Shown in pieces: positions 1-12,700 of a stretch of 64,000 nt of DNA. This stretch comes from Hemiscyllium ocellatum. Its lineage: Eukaryota. Both the position numbers and the translations under genes were made by a program. The number at the start of each line of letters is the position of its first letter. Position 1 is the stretch's first letter. Location of the stretch: NCBI RefSeq assembly GCF_020745735.1, contig NC_083409.1:13775279-13839278 (forward strand), given 5' to 3'. The notes below the pieces were generated by a model. That model ran no database searches and had not been told where the DNA came from. It worked only from the letters and a program-made list of their open reading frames with translations.

Positions 1-1044
1 TTTTAACTCTGTAGAATTTCAGCAATGTTTGGAGAGGAAGTATCTTTGGTTGTAGTGTACTGATGGTGTTTCGCCTCTGGTTTTCTTCAGTTTCTTTCCT
101 GTCAACTGATGTAAATTTCAGTCTCAGCAGTCTACTGGTTTCCTCATTCTGTTGCAGTATTTAGAGTTCTCAGACATGTGCAGTTTTGGCGCGGTTTCAC
201 TTACAGGCAGTCATCCCGATAACATGAGCCACCTTTTGAACAGCAGTGGGCCTTGTAATGGTGGTAGGTGATTTGAGATTAAATAGAGCTACCAGTGATG
301 AAGGAGCAAGTCAGAGAGCGTGTGTGGAGGTGATGTGCCTAAGGTGCTGACTCATTTGTAGTGTCAGAAGTATCTTTGAAGTTTTCAAGTTGCAGGGTTA
401 GTGTTTGAAAATGTCAGACTGTATCTGAACCCAGAAGTATCTAGAAAATGAAATGTGCCATCATAACCTTTTTAATGTAGAAAGATGATTATTCCTGTAA
501 GGTGTTGACCCTGACCTCAATTTCTTTTTCTTGGAATGGAAATTTATTTTCTCAATTTTCTTCCCTGTTCTCCCTATTCTGACTGAGAATTTGGCCAAGT
601 AATCACTTTCTTTTCTGAACCTTTATCATGTGTTGCGGGCAAATTAGAGAAGGAATCAGAGGGCTGATCCATCCCACATGAGTGCACTTGGCAAAGGGGA
701 ATCACTGGATGGATTTCTTCCCTTTTCTGCCGAAGTTGAAGCCGTTCCCTACAGCTTGGAGACTGATCAGTTGCAGAACACTTCAGCTCGGTGGTGTGTA
801 ACAATATCACAGTGTTGTGTGTAATCGTATAACAGGGCCTGTGTCTGTTGTCTGGTATTGATCTATGCAACTTCAGAAAAGAAAAGAAACTGTTTTTAAA
901 TGGCACCGTTTACAATCATGGAAATTTCTTTATGTGACTTACAACCAGTGAACACTTTGTAGTTTATGAAATAGCAAATACAAAATACAATTTGAGCATA
1001 TTAGGTTCATCAAAATAGCAAATTGTTGAATAGGATAGTCTGTT

Positions 1045-1440
1045 GAAATAAACATTGACCAGAATGCTGAGGTCTTCTGCATCCGTCTCATCTGAAGGAC
1101 ACCATCAGTAAAATAGTGCAGTACACCCTCAGTACTGTACAGGTCATTCTGCTATAACTTGTATTTCGTTAACACAAATTTGCTATAACACAATCGACAA
1201 ATTGGGGACATTGTTTCTAAAGCACGAACTCTGAAAACGTGTGTTGGCTGTAACCTGATTACATCGCGAAGACTTTAAGTGCTGTTTCTAAAATGTGACT
1301 TTCCGATATCATGGGGGTTGGACAGCAATGCAACCATTATGTTATAGAAGAACTACCTGGAGTGAAATGTCTGCCTGAGAGATCTGCTCAAATCTCTGGT
1401 GGGATTTGAACCCACAATCTGCTGTCTCAGGCTACACAAC
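1045..1440 (-). mobile_element. Old DeuSINE-like SINE split by a MITE
   Basis: Reverse complement of gtactgagggtgtactgcac..ttcagatgagacgg at 1045-1139, and tRNA-like head (gggatttgaacccacaat) at ~1360-1440; family assignment from memory. Confidence 0.45.
1140..1359. mobile_element. MITE, Tc1/mariner-pogo type
   Basis: 19-bp terminal inverted repeats caggtcattctgctataac / gttatagaagaactacctg (16/19 match); TA on the left flank. Confidence 0.6.
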
Positions 1441-1754
1441 TGCTATCTGGTCAGTGACGGACCTTCCTGCTCTTAAATAAGTGGCACAGTTGTGATGAAA
1501 TACCCTTTGGTGTGGTGTGCACATTATATCATATTGCTCCCATTCTGATCCTCTTTATTTGTCTAAATCAATAGAGAACCAACTAATTTCCTGAATTATC
1601 AACCCTTCCACATATTCTCATGTCAATAACTTTTATTCATTGCCCTGAAGGCCTCAATTGATAGAGAACAGCGAAAGACCAAGCAGATTATCAGACTTTA
1701 TTGTTTAAAATATTAAATCTCTTTGATTTATAGGATATTTGATTAATCTACATG

Positions 1755-1914
1755 CAGAAGAGCCTCGATTATCTGGCATTCGATTATCTGAATTTCGGAT
1801 CATCCAAAGTAGATCGTAAGATCCCGATGCTTGGCTAAACTGTATTACCCAGCATTCAATTATCCAAACAAAACACTCCTTACCCATGTCGCTCGGGTAA
1901 TCGAGGTTCCTCTG
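1755..1914. mobile_element. Tigger-like MITE
   Basis: TIRs cagaagagcctcgattatc / ggtaatcgaggttcctctg; TA on the right flank; internal cgattatc repeats. Confidence 0.6.
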
Positions 1915-3851
1915 TAAATTGTTCCATTGTTTTAATGTTGTGCTTCCTTGTGAATCTACATTATTACCTGAAAAGCACATGGCTGTTCTGGGTTGTGTTT
2001 AATTGTTTGCAGTGAACAGTACGTTCACAACAACATCAAGTGTCCAAAACTAATCGTCATCAAATTGATTTACCTTTCTCCCTCAGTTATTTTTTTAAAA
2101 TTGGAACTATCATTAAACCTTCAGAGTAGTCACAGCATATAACCGTGTGTCAGCTCTTTTCCAGTTCCTGATGAGAAACATCTCTGCCATGACACAAGCC
2201 AACCTCTAACTTTACAGTCACTTTCAAATAAATGTTTGTTCGAACCATTCTTTGTTTCTGTATCAAAGGCATTTGCTGTAACAGGCAATAATATTTGAAG
2301 AGCTCATTTATCCACCATTTTCCAAGGGTGGGTGGTGGAGGCTTTCCTTGGCTAATTCTCTTTATTTTCACCATATAAGGGAAGTTGACCTGCCAGACAC
2401 AAATTGGGCATTTGTGTCTGAGCATAAGTTGGACTTTCTCTGCAGATTGCAGCTGCAGTAACATATCCCTTGTGACCTTTTACCACCTGCTGTAGTTGCT
2501 TTATCAAACTCCCTGTTTGGTTATGTATATCTCATGTTCGGAAAAGATTTCCATGCTGTGGCTGTCTGTGACTATTGGACTCTTTGTGACACTCTGTGAC
2601 ATCTATTTCTCTCTGTGTGACTCTGTCTCAATCAGAATGACAAATGTTACAATGTATTTATTGCACATTTCTGATAAATAATTTGTCTTGTGGAAAGGGA
2701 AGATGCATTTAACGTGAGGTGAACTGATAGAGTTGTGAAAAGAGGTCTGAATGTAAGAAAAAAAATGTCAATCACGGTTTAATTTTACTAATGTCAGTAA
2801 ATGACTATTAACCATTAATTTACAGAAATGGAACATTTACATTGCGAGAAGGAAGAGAGACGAGATAATGTAGGGACCAGGAAATGGGACTTGGCCAGAT
2901 TAGCAGTTGTTTAATGAATGGTAGAGTCTCAGAAAAACAACCAAATATTTGCAGGGGCAAATATTTGGCCAAAGGACTGTTATAAAGAAAGAAATACTTA
3001 CATCTAAATAGTGAGTTTTGTGGGTTCTGGGGCATCTCAAAATAGCTCTCTGCCAATGAAGTACTTTTTGAATTCTGGTCATTGTTCAAGGGAGGTATTA
3101 TGATGTCATAGTTCCAATTGTTCTGCCATAATAGCCACTTGGTGATCATGATAATCTGGATAATCAGATTCCCAGCAAAAACTTGGTTGAATATACAGCA
3201 CAGACACCAAAAGAGCTGCTGGAAATCTGAAACAAAAACAGAAATTGCTAGAAAAGCCAGCAGGTCTGGCAGCATCTTTGGACAGAAATCCGTGAACATT
3301 TCTGATTCAGTGACCTTTGTGGTTATGGGACATCTCAAAATGGCTCTCTGTGAATGAGGTATTTTTTGAATTCTGGTCATTGTTCCAAGGTAGGTATTAT
3401 GATGCCATGGCTCAAATTGTTATGGCAAAATAACCGGGGAACAAGGACTTGGGCTTCTGTTGATGGTTACTGACATTATTTGATTTTGGTTCTGGTGTAT
3501 ACACATACAGATGCTCCTAGTTTGAACCTACTACTTACTACTTGCACATTCTTCACTGAAGCTACATTATCTCTCAGGACTGGAGAACATCCCACACTGG
3601 TGAAGGATTTGATGCTCGATGTTGGTATACCAAGCAGAATTCAATTGTTTATACAAAATGTTGTATTTTATTATCATTAAATAATGTCTACTTAATTTTA
3701 CTTTTTTTGACCAAATGTCGTAATGCAAATAAACATTGAAAATCCAAATCCAAAATAAATATTTGAGTTTCTGATTGCAAGCTTGTAATGTAATCTAAGC
3801 TGAATCTGAAAATCTGTGTTGTTGATTATCTTTGCTTTGCTTTTGTTTTAG

Positions 3852-3938
3852 GTGAGCTGACAAGTTGTGGAGTAGAACATCTAACAAGTCAGTCCTACTA
3901 AATCAGAGACTGATAAAGAGTCGAAGTACGAGACAAAG
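3852..3938 (+). pseudogene. Dead 87-nt symmetric exon, copy 1 (probable former CEP350-like exon)
   Basis: ctttgcttttgttttag|GTG...AAG|gtacag; VS*QVVE*NI*QVSPTKSETDKESKYETK with three stops; phase 0 to 0 matches exon A. Confidence 0.55.
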
Positions 3939-4932
3939 GTACAGTGGTGCTGATTTGCAAACTACTCCAGTTAGTTGTAGTGCCTTCAATCACTGTTGTG
4001 GTGACTATTGGGTTCAGTCATCAATACTGTGTGGCAGATTAGAGATAATTTGATCCTATCGCCAAAGGACCGTTATAAAGAAAGAAATATTTACATTTAA
4101 ATCGGGAGTTTTGTGGTTATGGGATATCTCAAAATGGCTCTCTGCCAATGAAGTATTTTTTGAATTCTGGTCATTGTTACAAGGAAGGTATTATGATGTC
4201 GGCTCCGATTGTTATGACATAATAACCAGTTGTGTTAGTACTGGATAATCAGATCCCCAGCAAAACCTTGATTGAATATACAGCACAAAAACCAAAAAAA
4301 CTGCTGGAAATCTGAAACAAAAAAAAAATTGCTGGAAAGCTCAGTAGGTCTGGCAGCATCTGTGGAGAGAAATCCTTTAACATTTCTGGTTCAGTGATCT
4401 TTGTTATTATGGGACATCACAAAATGGATCTCTGCGAGTGAGGTATTTTTTGAATTCTGGTCATTGTTCCAAGGAAGTATTATGATGTTGCGTGTTGTGG
4501 CTCCAATTGTTATGTAATAAAAGCCAGGAGAACACGGGCTTGGGCTTCTGTTGATGCTTACTGACATTATTTGATTGTGGTTCTGGTGTATATACACACA
4601 GATGCTCTAGTTTGAACTTACTACTTAATTCTTTTACATTCCTCACTGAAGCTAATTTATCGCTCAGGACTGGAGAACGTCCCACACTGGTGAAGGATTT
4701 GATTGTGCTGTAAGGCTCAACATTGGTATACAAACCAGATTTCAATTGTTTATACAAAATGTTGTATTTCATTATCATTAAATAATGTCGACTTAATATT
4801 GCTGTTTTAGACCAAATTGAAAATCCAAATCCAAAATAAGTATTCAAGTTTCTGATTGCAAGCTTGTAATGAAATCTAATCTGAATCTGAAAATCTGTGT
4901 TGTTGATTATCCTTGCTTTGCTTTTGTTTTAG

Positions 4933-5018
4933 GTGAGCTGACAAGTTGTGGAGTCAAACATCTAACAAGTCAGCCCTACTAAATCAGAGACTGATAAAGA
5001 TTCAAAATACGAGGCAAG
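4933..5018 (+). pseudogene. Dead exon, copy 2 (86 nt)
   Basis: Same splice context; shares the TGA and TAA stops of copy 1 and has a 1-nt deletion near the donor. Confidence 0.55.
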
Positions 5019-5367
5019 GTACAGTGGTGCTGATTTGCAAACCACTCCAGTTAGTTGTAGTGCCTTCAATCACTGTTGTGGTGACTATTGGGTTCAGTCA
5101 TCAATACTGTGTGGCAGATTAGAGATCATTTGATCCTATGGCCAAAGGACTGTCATAAAGAAAGAAATATTTACATTTAAATCGGAAGTTTTGTGGTTAT
5201 GGGACATCTCAAAATGGCTCTCTGCCAATGATGTATTTTTTGAATTCTGGTCATTGTTACAAGGAAGGTATTATGATGTCGGGCTCCGATTGTTATGACA
5301 TAATAACCAGTTGATGTTAGTACTGGATAATCAGATCCCCAGCAAAACCTTGATTGAATATACAGCA

Positions 5368-5615
5368 CAAAAACCAAAGAACTGCTGGAAATCTGAAAAA
5401 CAAAAAAAAATTGCTGGAAAGGGTCAGAAGGTCTGGCAGCATCTGTGGAGAGAAATCCGTAATCATTTCTGGTTCAGCGATCCTTCCTCTGAACACTGCA
5501 ACAATAACTCTTATTTCTCTACATGTTGTGAGGAAGAGTCACTGCACCTGAAATGTTAACTGATTTCTCTCTACAGATGCTGCCAGACCTACTAAGCCTT
5601 TCCCGCCATGTCTGT
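5368..5615. mobile_element. Penelope-derived inverted-repeat (hairpin) element
   Basis: Arms aggtctggcagcatctgtggagagaaatc / gatttctctctacagatgctgccagacct; flanked by ttgaatatacagca (5354-5367) and ttgaagatacagta (5616-5629). Confidence 0.7.
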
Positions 5616-5999
5616 TTGAAGATACAGTAAATGTTTTATTAACTGTCACCAATGGGACCAGGAGCGCTGGTTGATCAAATATTCCAGTGTCAAACAGACT
5701 GACATAATCAATGCTTAGTAATAGAAACCTAATGCAGGGGTATACACATCACTTTATTTGTCGTATAACTCACTGAAACAAGCATGCACATTTGCCTTAA
5801 ATAAAACTTAATGGCAGAGTGCCTTCTCACTTGCAGCCTCAACTGACTACTCTGACACCATGAAAATGCGGTGACCTTCGAGTATTTCAGGTGTATGATT
5901 TTTGTTGGTTTATTAAGAGCAACAGTTCATAAAGTAGCCAGTTAAAATAACATTTGCTGTCCCATGATTGTTTTTGGCTGCCTGGTTGAATTACTAGCA

Positions 6000-6270
6000 C
6001 ATATTGCAGTTCACCATCTACATTGCACAATTCAGTAGTGTGATGGAATACTTTCAACTTGCCTGGATGAGTGCAGATCTGGTAATACTGAAGAAGCTTG
6101 ACACTATTTGGGACAGAACAGCTGAGGGCTAACACCACATGCACAAACCTGCACTTCCTCCACCTTCAACACTCAGCACCAATCTGTACCATTTGCTTAA
6201 TACACTTACAGAAGCTCTCTAAGACTGACAGGGTGGCACCTACCAAAACCATTCCAAAACTTTAATTCCA
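6000..6270 (+). mobile_element. L2/CR1-group LINE 3' ORF2 fragment (family 2)
   Basis: Degenerate ...SSVMEYFQLAWMSA..ILKKLDTI...; same family as 13325, 22230, 26690 and 43550. Confidence 0.6.
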
Positions 6271-6681
6271 TGCTGTACATTTCTACACATTCTATCTTCT
6301 GCATCATCGCCCTGCTCGCTTATCACCCTCTTGTTACTTAATTTCATTCTCTGCCTTAACCCAGTCCTTCAGTTTCAAAGTTCCTATGGACAGATTTGTT
6401 TGTGGCTCCCGTTTACTTTTCCAACTCTTTTCTGCCCTGCCCCCCTCCATATCTCAGGTCATTCTGTCTGCTGAACATTTTAGCTCCATACTTCCCAGTC
6501 TCACCCTGACATTTCCTGCTTCTTAGCTTCCAGTTTCCCTCAAAATATATGTTTGACACCCTGCATGTTTTCTAGTTCCCCTTTGATTCCTGCCTGGCTC
6601 TATCCTAAGAGTTTTTACTGCAGGAAACATACTATTTTAACTTGCATTGTGTTTGATTCATTATTTTTCTTTCATCCCAAG

Positions 6682-6796
6682 TTGCGGCACATAGAAAACA
6701 GGCTTGAAGCTGTACCCACCACTACTGCAGTGACAGACACAGTGATGGATACTAAGAAAGCTTTGAGCAGTGCTACTCGAAAAATTAGCGGACTGG
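6682..6796 (+). CDS. CEP350: CEP350-like exon A (phase 0 to 1)
   Basis: tttctttcatcccaag|TTG...CTGG|gtaagt; LRHIENRLEAVPTTTAVTDTVMDTKKALSSATRKISGL; supported by splice sites and phase fit, homology not recognised. Confidence 0.7.
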
Positions 6797-9700
6797 GTAA
6801 GTGGAAGGAATACAAAATGAATTGTTCATGGTAATTAGATCAACAGTTACTCTTGACCTCATGCTGGCCATTGTTAATCAGATAAAAGTAATAACCCTGG
6901 TGAAATTAAGTTAAGTGGTCGAGGGTCATGCACTGACATTTTGCAGTGTTTTGAAAGCATTTGCAACAGAGACTGAGGCTATGGAATCTTTTCCTTCTCT
7001 CTAATTTATGGAGCTTCATTGGTAAGGCTTAGCAGGCAAAGTCAACCCTCCATTCCCTTCCTGAAGTGGTCATCTCCCGCTTCCATCTGTGTCAACACCT
7101 GTTGCCCTTTGCAGATTCCCCCCAAATGTCTGGTTTATCACTTTGTGCTGGTCCACAGAATTTGAGGAGGTGGACAAGAAGAATTAACTTAGCATCTATC
7201 TCTTCTATATTCTGACAGCAACAGTTTAAGAGAAACTTGTGCTTACTAACCAATCCCATTGATTGTGATAATGGAATGCATGCTCCTTTTTGACTTCTTA
7301 AACTTTGTTTCTGTTTCTATCAGATGGAAGGTATCTGGAGGATTCTGTAGCCAGTGCTACATCTGTCAAATCCAGTAGTCGCAGCAAATCACGGAAGGTC
7401 AACACCTCCCGCAGTCCCTTGCGATCTACCACCCTGGAAAGTAACATTATGAAGAGCAGTCGAGATGAATTCAGAGATCCATTAACTGCATATAGGTATG
7501 ACCAGGCGTATGTACCTTCTGTCGGTCACTTTCTGTTATCAATTCCTGAAGCTGTGCATATATTAGAAACAACCAATACCTGCTTGACAGCTTATAGTTG
7601 CACTCTTCTGACACTCAAATCACAACAGAGTCAACAGTGGCAGGATAGATACATAGAGGATCCCAGGCTTCAGAATGCTTGTTCTTTCACACGTAATCTC
7701 ATCCGAGGGTGTAATTTTAAAGATCTTGCACACAAACATTTTCTGTGCTTATGACTTTTTACAGTGTGTTACAACTTGTGCACCAATTGACTTGCAGATG
7801 CACTCTAGAACAGAAACCATTTGTAAACTGGGGTCTGCCAGTAACCTGAAACATGGGCACAATTTCAAATATGGAATAATAATAATAAAACGTGGTTACA
7901 AGAATCCTTTGCCGTGTAGCCCACCTTAGTTGATTCTATTTGTTTTTTATTCAATGCTCACTGCTCTGTGAAACCAACTATTAATGGAGATATGTTAGTG
8001 AAGCTCAGCCTTGTGCAGTATTTAGATCATCATCAGTTCATCAGAGCCATTAAGCTTTTATAAATTGGGACTGGAGTACAAAAATGAATGATGTTAAACC
8101 ATCACAAATTACTGGTTAAGCTACAGTTAGAATGTTGTCCCCAGTATTGGGAACACTAATTCAGGAAGGACTTCAAGGCTGTGCACAGGAACCAGAAAGT
8201 GTTAACTTGACATTCGCTGATTATAGTAATCAAGAGAGATTCGATAAATTGCTGATCATTTTGATTGAATAGTGGTTCAGAGGAGACCTCAAACCTGGTC
8301 AGGATGTTGGAAGAACTGCTTCTACTGGTGGAAGAGACAGTAAGTAGATGGAAAATACAAGTGAAGTTATGGAAGTCACCAAATTAATAAAGTTACAGTT
8401 TCATTTCAAGGGGAGGCGATGGCCGAGTGGTATTAGTGCCACGTAAATAATCCAGATACTCAGTATATTTTAGTAAGCCTACACTGGATAGGTCAGGCAG
8501 CATCAAAGGAGCAGGAGAATTGACGTTTCGAGCATTAGCACTTCTTCAGGCTTATGCCCGAAACGTCGATTCTCCTGCTCCTTTGATGCTGCCTGACCTG
8601 CTGCACTTTTCCAGCAACACATTTTGCAGCTCTGATCTCCAGCATCTGAAGTCCTCATTTTCTCCTGCACGGGATAGTCCAACATATGTTGAGCTGGGGT
8701 GAATTCTCCTTGCTGCTCATAGAAGTTGGGTTCTTGGCATTTTTTGGACTTCATCAAGGGGAAATTGTCATCAGTGAGCATTTGCTTTATTTAGTGTATG
8801 TGATTTTGGAAACTCTTCATATCTTGTATAATTGTGTGCTGTCTGCTGATGTGCATGTGATGTCGTTGTCCTTTATTTTTCCTCTGGTATCCCAGAGAGC
8901 TACCAACCATACGGTGGCTAGTGTGATGGTAGTCACTGATGAATCCTCTTGATGACTCAAATGGATTGGTAAACCCAAAGGACCTTTTAGGCCTTGGCAA
9001 GTATGTTGCGAAGCTGTTGTCTGGGTTGTCAGGTTTGGCAGGTTAATCAGCCTTTAGGCTGCTGTGTCCAGTCAGTACATTGTTGTTTAAATTTAAGAGT
9101 GGGAATGGTATTGTAGAAGATTGGCTTTTGGGAATAGTAGAGGGAACATGGGCCCATCCAGTAAGGATGACTGTTTATCCTCATGAAGGGCTTGTGCCGG
9201 AATCATGGAGTCTCCTCTTTGGATGCTGCCTGACATGCTGTGCTTTTCCAGTGCCACACTTTTCGACTCTGTTTATCCCTAATGCCGACCGAGTCCAACA
9301 GATTGTTTAAAGCAGAGCTTCAGCAAACAGATACTTGATGGCATGAAATCTGCAGTGTTAAATGGTTTAAGTGATGTCTCATTTTGGCAGTTGTCAACAT
9401 TTGTGATTGTGTAAATTTTGTGCTTTCAGTGCTCACGGGAAGTCATCAAAGAAAAGCACAAGCTCTTCATTGTTCCATTCCACTGTGAGTTCCATGTCTC
9501 AGAGCCCTTTTCAGAATGACGCAGTGATAACATCCAGAGAGGGGACAAGGCTGCGTGCTACTACCTCCACACCTTCACCTTCTCTAGCCGACATCAGTGT
9601 TACTGCAGCCTGGCCCTCCACATCCTCTGCTGCAGGTTGGAACTCTCGGAATCATGTTTTCTGTAACTGTCATTGGTTTGTCCCAACCGTCTCCATTGGA

Positions 9701-12700
9701 GTAGTTTAAAAAAAAATAAAACCCTGAGTAAGTAGACAACCAAGTTGAAGTGACAGGCATAGTGATGACTGGATGAAATGGTGAGGTGCCACGTGACGTG
9801 GAAGCAGGTGCTTTTCCATTCAAGTGGTCGGATCCTGTCTGAGGAACATTAAGCAGAAGTAGGCTATTCGGCCTGTTGAGCCATCCCCTGTCATTCAGTA
9901 CAATCATGGCTGATCAGTGCTTCAGTATCGTTTTAGCCACCCTGTTCCCATCACCCCATACACTGTTGGAAATCAAATCCGTCAATTTTTACATAAAACA
10001 TAATTGATGACTATGCTTTCACAACTCTCTGTGGCAGTGAACTCCAAAAGATTCATGACCCTGAAGTAACAACAGAATTATCATCAGCTCAGACTTATGA
10101 CATGGTCTCACTTATAAGTTGTCCCACCAGTCCTAGACTCCCCAACGGGGGAAACATTACCTACATCTACCCTTTAAGTATTTTGTAGATTTCAATGAAA
10201 TCAATTCAAAATGCTGGAGAATGCAGGTCCAGTTTTCCCAATCTCTCTCCATGAGAATGTCCTAGAAACAAGTCTGGTGAACCTTTGTTGCATTCCTGAT
10301 CATTCACCAGGACCCAAATACAATGATTGGGTTTGGATTTTCCGCACGCTTTGCTATTTGTTTTATCCTGTGAATCTCATGAAAATTTCAATGTCTTGTC
10401 CCTTGTCATTTTTTTACGCAGTTCCCGAACTTGTTTTGAATCCTGGAGAGGCGTGCAGTTAACCCTATGATCCCAATGCATTATTGAACTAATTGTAAAA
10501 GTTGGAATTACACTTTTCACTTTGGTTATTGCAGCCTCGATGCTCAGCTCCCCACCAAGTATCCAACACCACATGACTGCTCAACACACTTACTTGGATG
10601 CTATGGAAGAGTCCATCCGTCAGCTATCGGAGATAGACATGACCCGGGGAATAGCCTTTGCTCAACAAGAGACTGTGTCATTGGCTCAGATCCTAAAGGT
10701 ACAGGTCTATGCCTTGTGCTCCTTCAGAAATGGTTTTGTGAAATTGTCTTAAGTGATAATGGCTGCGCTCGTTTTCCAAACCAGGCAACATTCTGAGCAA
10801 CGTTCTTCAGTTAAATCAGGCAAAACAAAGATTATTCCAAAACTAGAGATTAAATTTACTTACCCTTGGGTTGTGATTTAGGACAATGCCTAATCTTAAA
10901 TGTGCAGATATTAGCATCGAACCTGCGCATGACTGCACTTTCCAAGTTGACTGATAGAAGCAGGGCAAACTTGCCAAGTTTTCAAGAAATTTCAGCTTTC
11001 TAAAATTTGAGCCATTATGATGAGATTTATGAGAAAATTTTTTTTATTTATAAAGTTGCAATATTAAAATTAATTGATTAAAATCTTGTCATTTGTTACT
11101 CTTAAGATTTTGATGCCTTTGCATTTCAATTGTTACTCTCTCTCTCTCTGGACACTGCAAATTTAAATACCAGTTTTTCACAGAGCAGAGCAGTGGAATG
11201 TAGAGTGATGGTTCCTATTTAATCTTTGTTTGTGTCCAGGCCCAACAGCTGAGCCATGAGCACGACATAGCCCTGCTGAAGCTGAAGGCCGAGCAGGAAG
11301 CTGCTGCAAGTCAGAGGCAGCTAGAGGAGGCCAGACAGAAAGCTGTACAGGTACTTGAACATGTAACAGGTGTCTGGAAATGCAAATAATTCAGTGTTGA
11401 CTGCTTCTCACCGTGCAATAAGAATAAACAAATTATAATTATAAAGTGCCTTTAACATTGAAGCCAAACCTCTTCCCACCCCTGCCCTGTTCTGTTCCAC
11501 CGGTAAACTGCCCCACTCAACAAAAGCACATTATGAAGATGTCATCATGAAAATCAATGACAGGCCCAGACCATGGGGACAGGAGAAGGTACAGTTTTAG
11601 AAGCAAAAACATAGTTTGCTGGTGACACTCAACAGCATCTGTGGGAAGAAAGAAGAGTTAACATTTCAGAGATTCTTTAGAAAACCTGGACAGATTGTAA
11701 GACCTTAAGGAGTGAATTCTAAAGACTGAGACACACAACTTGATGGAGTGGGGTTGAACAAGATGACATCAGGAATGTAGATGATGAGGGAGGTTATAGG
11801 GCTGGAGCAGGTTACAGGAATGGGACAAAGGGAGGTCATGCTGACTTTGATTTGGGTGAGTAAGTTTGGAAGGTTGCAGGTTCCTGTGTTTTTACCTCTT
11901 GGAATTCTGTATCTTAAGAGTCAGAAATCTTAATCAAAATAATCCTTGCTATTGTTCTTAGTTACTTGTGCAAGCTTGCTCCTGTGTTTTAATGCCTTAA
12001 TGACAAGTCGTGAATTTGCATTCTGTAATTCTGGTGATCTCGAGGTGGGCCATAAAGGCCTGCTTGCTGGCATAGCCCTCAACCCAAGAACAATTCAAAA
12101 AAAGGCTGCAGTCTATTTTAGTGTCTGATTGACAGTGGCTCCTTCAACTATTGACCATCCAGGCACTGACATTTGTTTACTGAACCTGAATGTGTCTCTG
12201 TCTTTCTTCAAGAAGCTCCTTAAAAACTATGTTTTATCTGAGCACTTCTTATGTGGCTACTTGTCATATTTTGTAATCATGTTCCTGTCAACGTCCATGG
12301 GATGTTATAGTATAAAGGTGTGATACAAATGTCAGTTCATCTCATTGTGAATGCAACTGCCTCTGAATGAAAACGTTTTTGTTTCAAGCCCCATGCTTCG
12401 ACTTGAATGGAAGCCGACCATACGCACTCAATCTAGAGCAGGACTGCTGCATTCTTAGAGATGACACTTTCAGGCAAGACGTTAAAGCAAGTTCCCATCT
12501 TCTATTCCAGTGGATAGAGAAGATCCATTTTAATACTTGAAGAAGTCTAAGAGAGCTCTCCTGTTATCCTGCTCAATATGAATTCCTCACCATTGTAGAT
12601 GCTGTCTTTTTAGGAGCTTGTCAAAAGGCCCTTCTTGGACAGCGTGACGATATTTTGAAAGAACTCCATTGGCTGAGAAGGACTTTGCAATGACCTGAAG

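Larger units (their letters stand above)
2968..5482. repeat. Tandem segmental duplication, ~2.3 units of ~1.09 kb, with an internal ~110-bp sub-repeat
   Basis: gccaaaggac..tataaagaaagaaata recurs at 2968, 4061 and 5141; tttgtggttatgggacatctcaaaatggctctctg...ttctggtcattgtt recurs at ~3017, 3317, 4109, 4400 and 5189. Confidence 0.95.

Noticed and set aside
2968-5482. CRISPR-like or coding interpretation of the repeated ORFs (MTRIQK..)
   Set aside because: Eukaryotic kb-scale tandem duplication with no repeat-spacer structure; the ORFs are antisense by-products
12014-12021. Ig octamer ATTTGCAT
   Set aside because: Intronic, 48 kb from C-kappa, with no leader or V exon nearby
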